The notes beneath the pieces were generated by a model. It was given only the letters and a program-made list of their open reading frames with translations. It had not been told where the DNA came from and did not search any database. A DNA stretch of 25,934 nucleotides, taken from contig JAEOTX010000159.1 of the NCBI GenBank assembly GCA_016839605.1, positions 1 to 25,934 on the forward strand, written 5' to 3'. Position numbers and translations under genes: made by a program. This document shows positions 25,605 through 25,934 of this stretch, in pieces. Positions within the stretch are counted from its first letter, which is position 1; the number at the start of each line of letters is the position of its first letter. This stretch comes from Candidatus Thorarchaeota archaeon. GTDB lineage: Archaea; Asgardarchaeota; Thorarchaeia; Thorarchaeales; Thorarchaeaceae.

Positions 25605-25934
25605 GTGAAAAGGAATATCGAATTCGCCCGGCCTATGGGAGACAGTTGGACGCGAGCATCCAGTTCCGAATATATCGACATACATGAGAAGCTATTTCCA
25701 TATCAGCGCGTCCTAGAGTTCTTTGAGGAAGTCGAGTCAGAGTATGAAGTCCTGAAATATTGCAGTGGTGCGAATGAAAGGGGAAGGTGGATTTTCCAGA
25801 TTTATAGTATCGAGTTTATCGAAGAAGTAGCAGACCTTCTGAAGGGCTTTCAAATGGCTGGAAATCCACATGGGACCATCCTTGAGGTAATGAGTGGAGA
25901 CGGGAAGCTCACGGAGTTCTTGAAACCCCTAGTA
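25605..25934 (+). CDS. Hypothetical protein with a SAM-binding-like motif, truncated at the window end
   Basis: The frame is open from GTG 25605 to the window end and finishes ...ILEVMSGDGKLTEFLKPLV, resembling class I methyltransferase motif I. It is absent from the ORF track because no stop lies in the window. Confidence 0.6.
   Translation, partial: MKRNIEFARPMGDSWTRASSSEYIDIHEKLFPYQRVLEFFEEVESEYEVLKYCSGANERGRWIFQIYSIEFIEEVADLLKGFQMAGNPHGTILEVMSGDGKLTEFLKPLV

Noticed and set aside
1-25934. CRISPR arrays, tRNA/rRNA genes, IS elements, integrases or defence systems
   Set aside because: I saw no periodic repeats, cloverleaf or rRNA-like sequence, or transposase/integrase motifs, and all intergenic gaps are short (about 230 nt or less).

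Overview
A gene-dense archaeal window. The archaeal-type LeuRS, TATA-like promoters and cytoplasmic PAS kinase suggest an Asgard/Thorarchaeota-like genome, but the taxonomy is inference only. It holds 24 recognisable CDSs, and I saw no RNA genes, CRISPR arrays or mobile elements. The left end has a truncated nucleotide-sugar dehydrogenase, a conserved hypothetical protein and an ABC exporter. The right end has a stand-alone Lrp ligand domain, a CrtC/cyclase-like protein, a YgiD-like dioxygenase, CorA, a DUF998 membrane protein, leuS and a truncated methyltransferase-like ORF that may be frameshifted. The most notable part is the ~15 kb centre (3385-18298). It has two paralogous ferredoxin + tungsten oxidoreductase (AOR/WOR) modules, an SsnA/MtaD-like amidohydrolase, a dihydropyrimidine-dehydrogenase-like flavoprotein with no catalytic Cys, an allantoinase/hydantoinase-like enzyme, an ATC-hydrolase-like protein, MoaD/SAMP, DUF362, a PfkB kinase and a PAS histidine kinase. 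I propose, as inference, that this is a tungsten-dependent anaerobic catabolic system for purines, pyrimidines or other N-heterocycles, with WORs taking the role usually held by xanthine-dehydrogenase-family enzymes.
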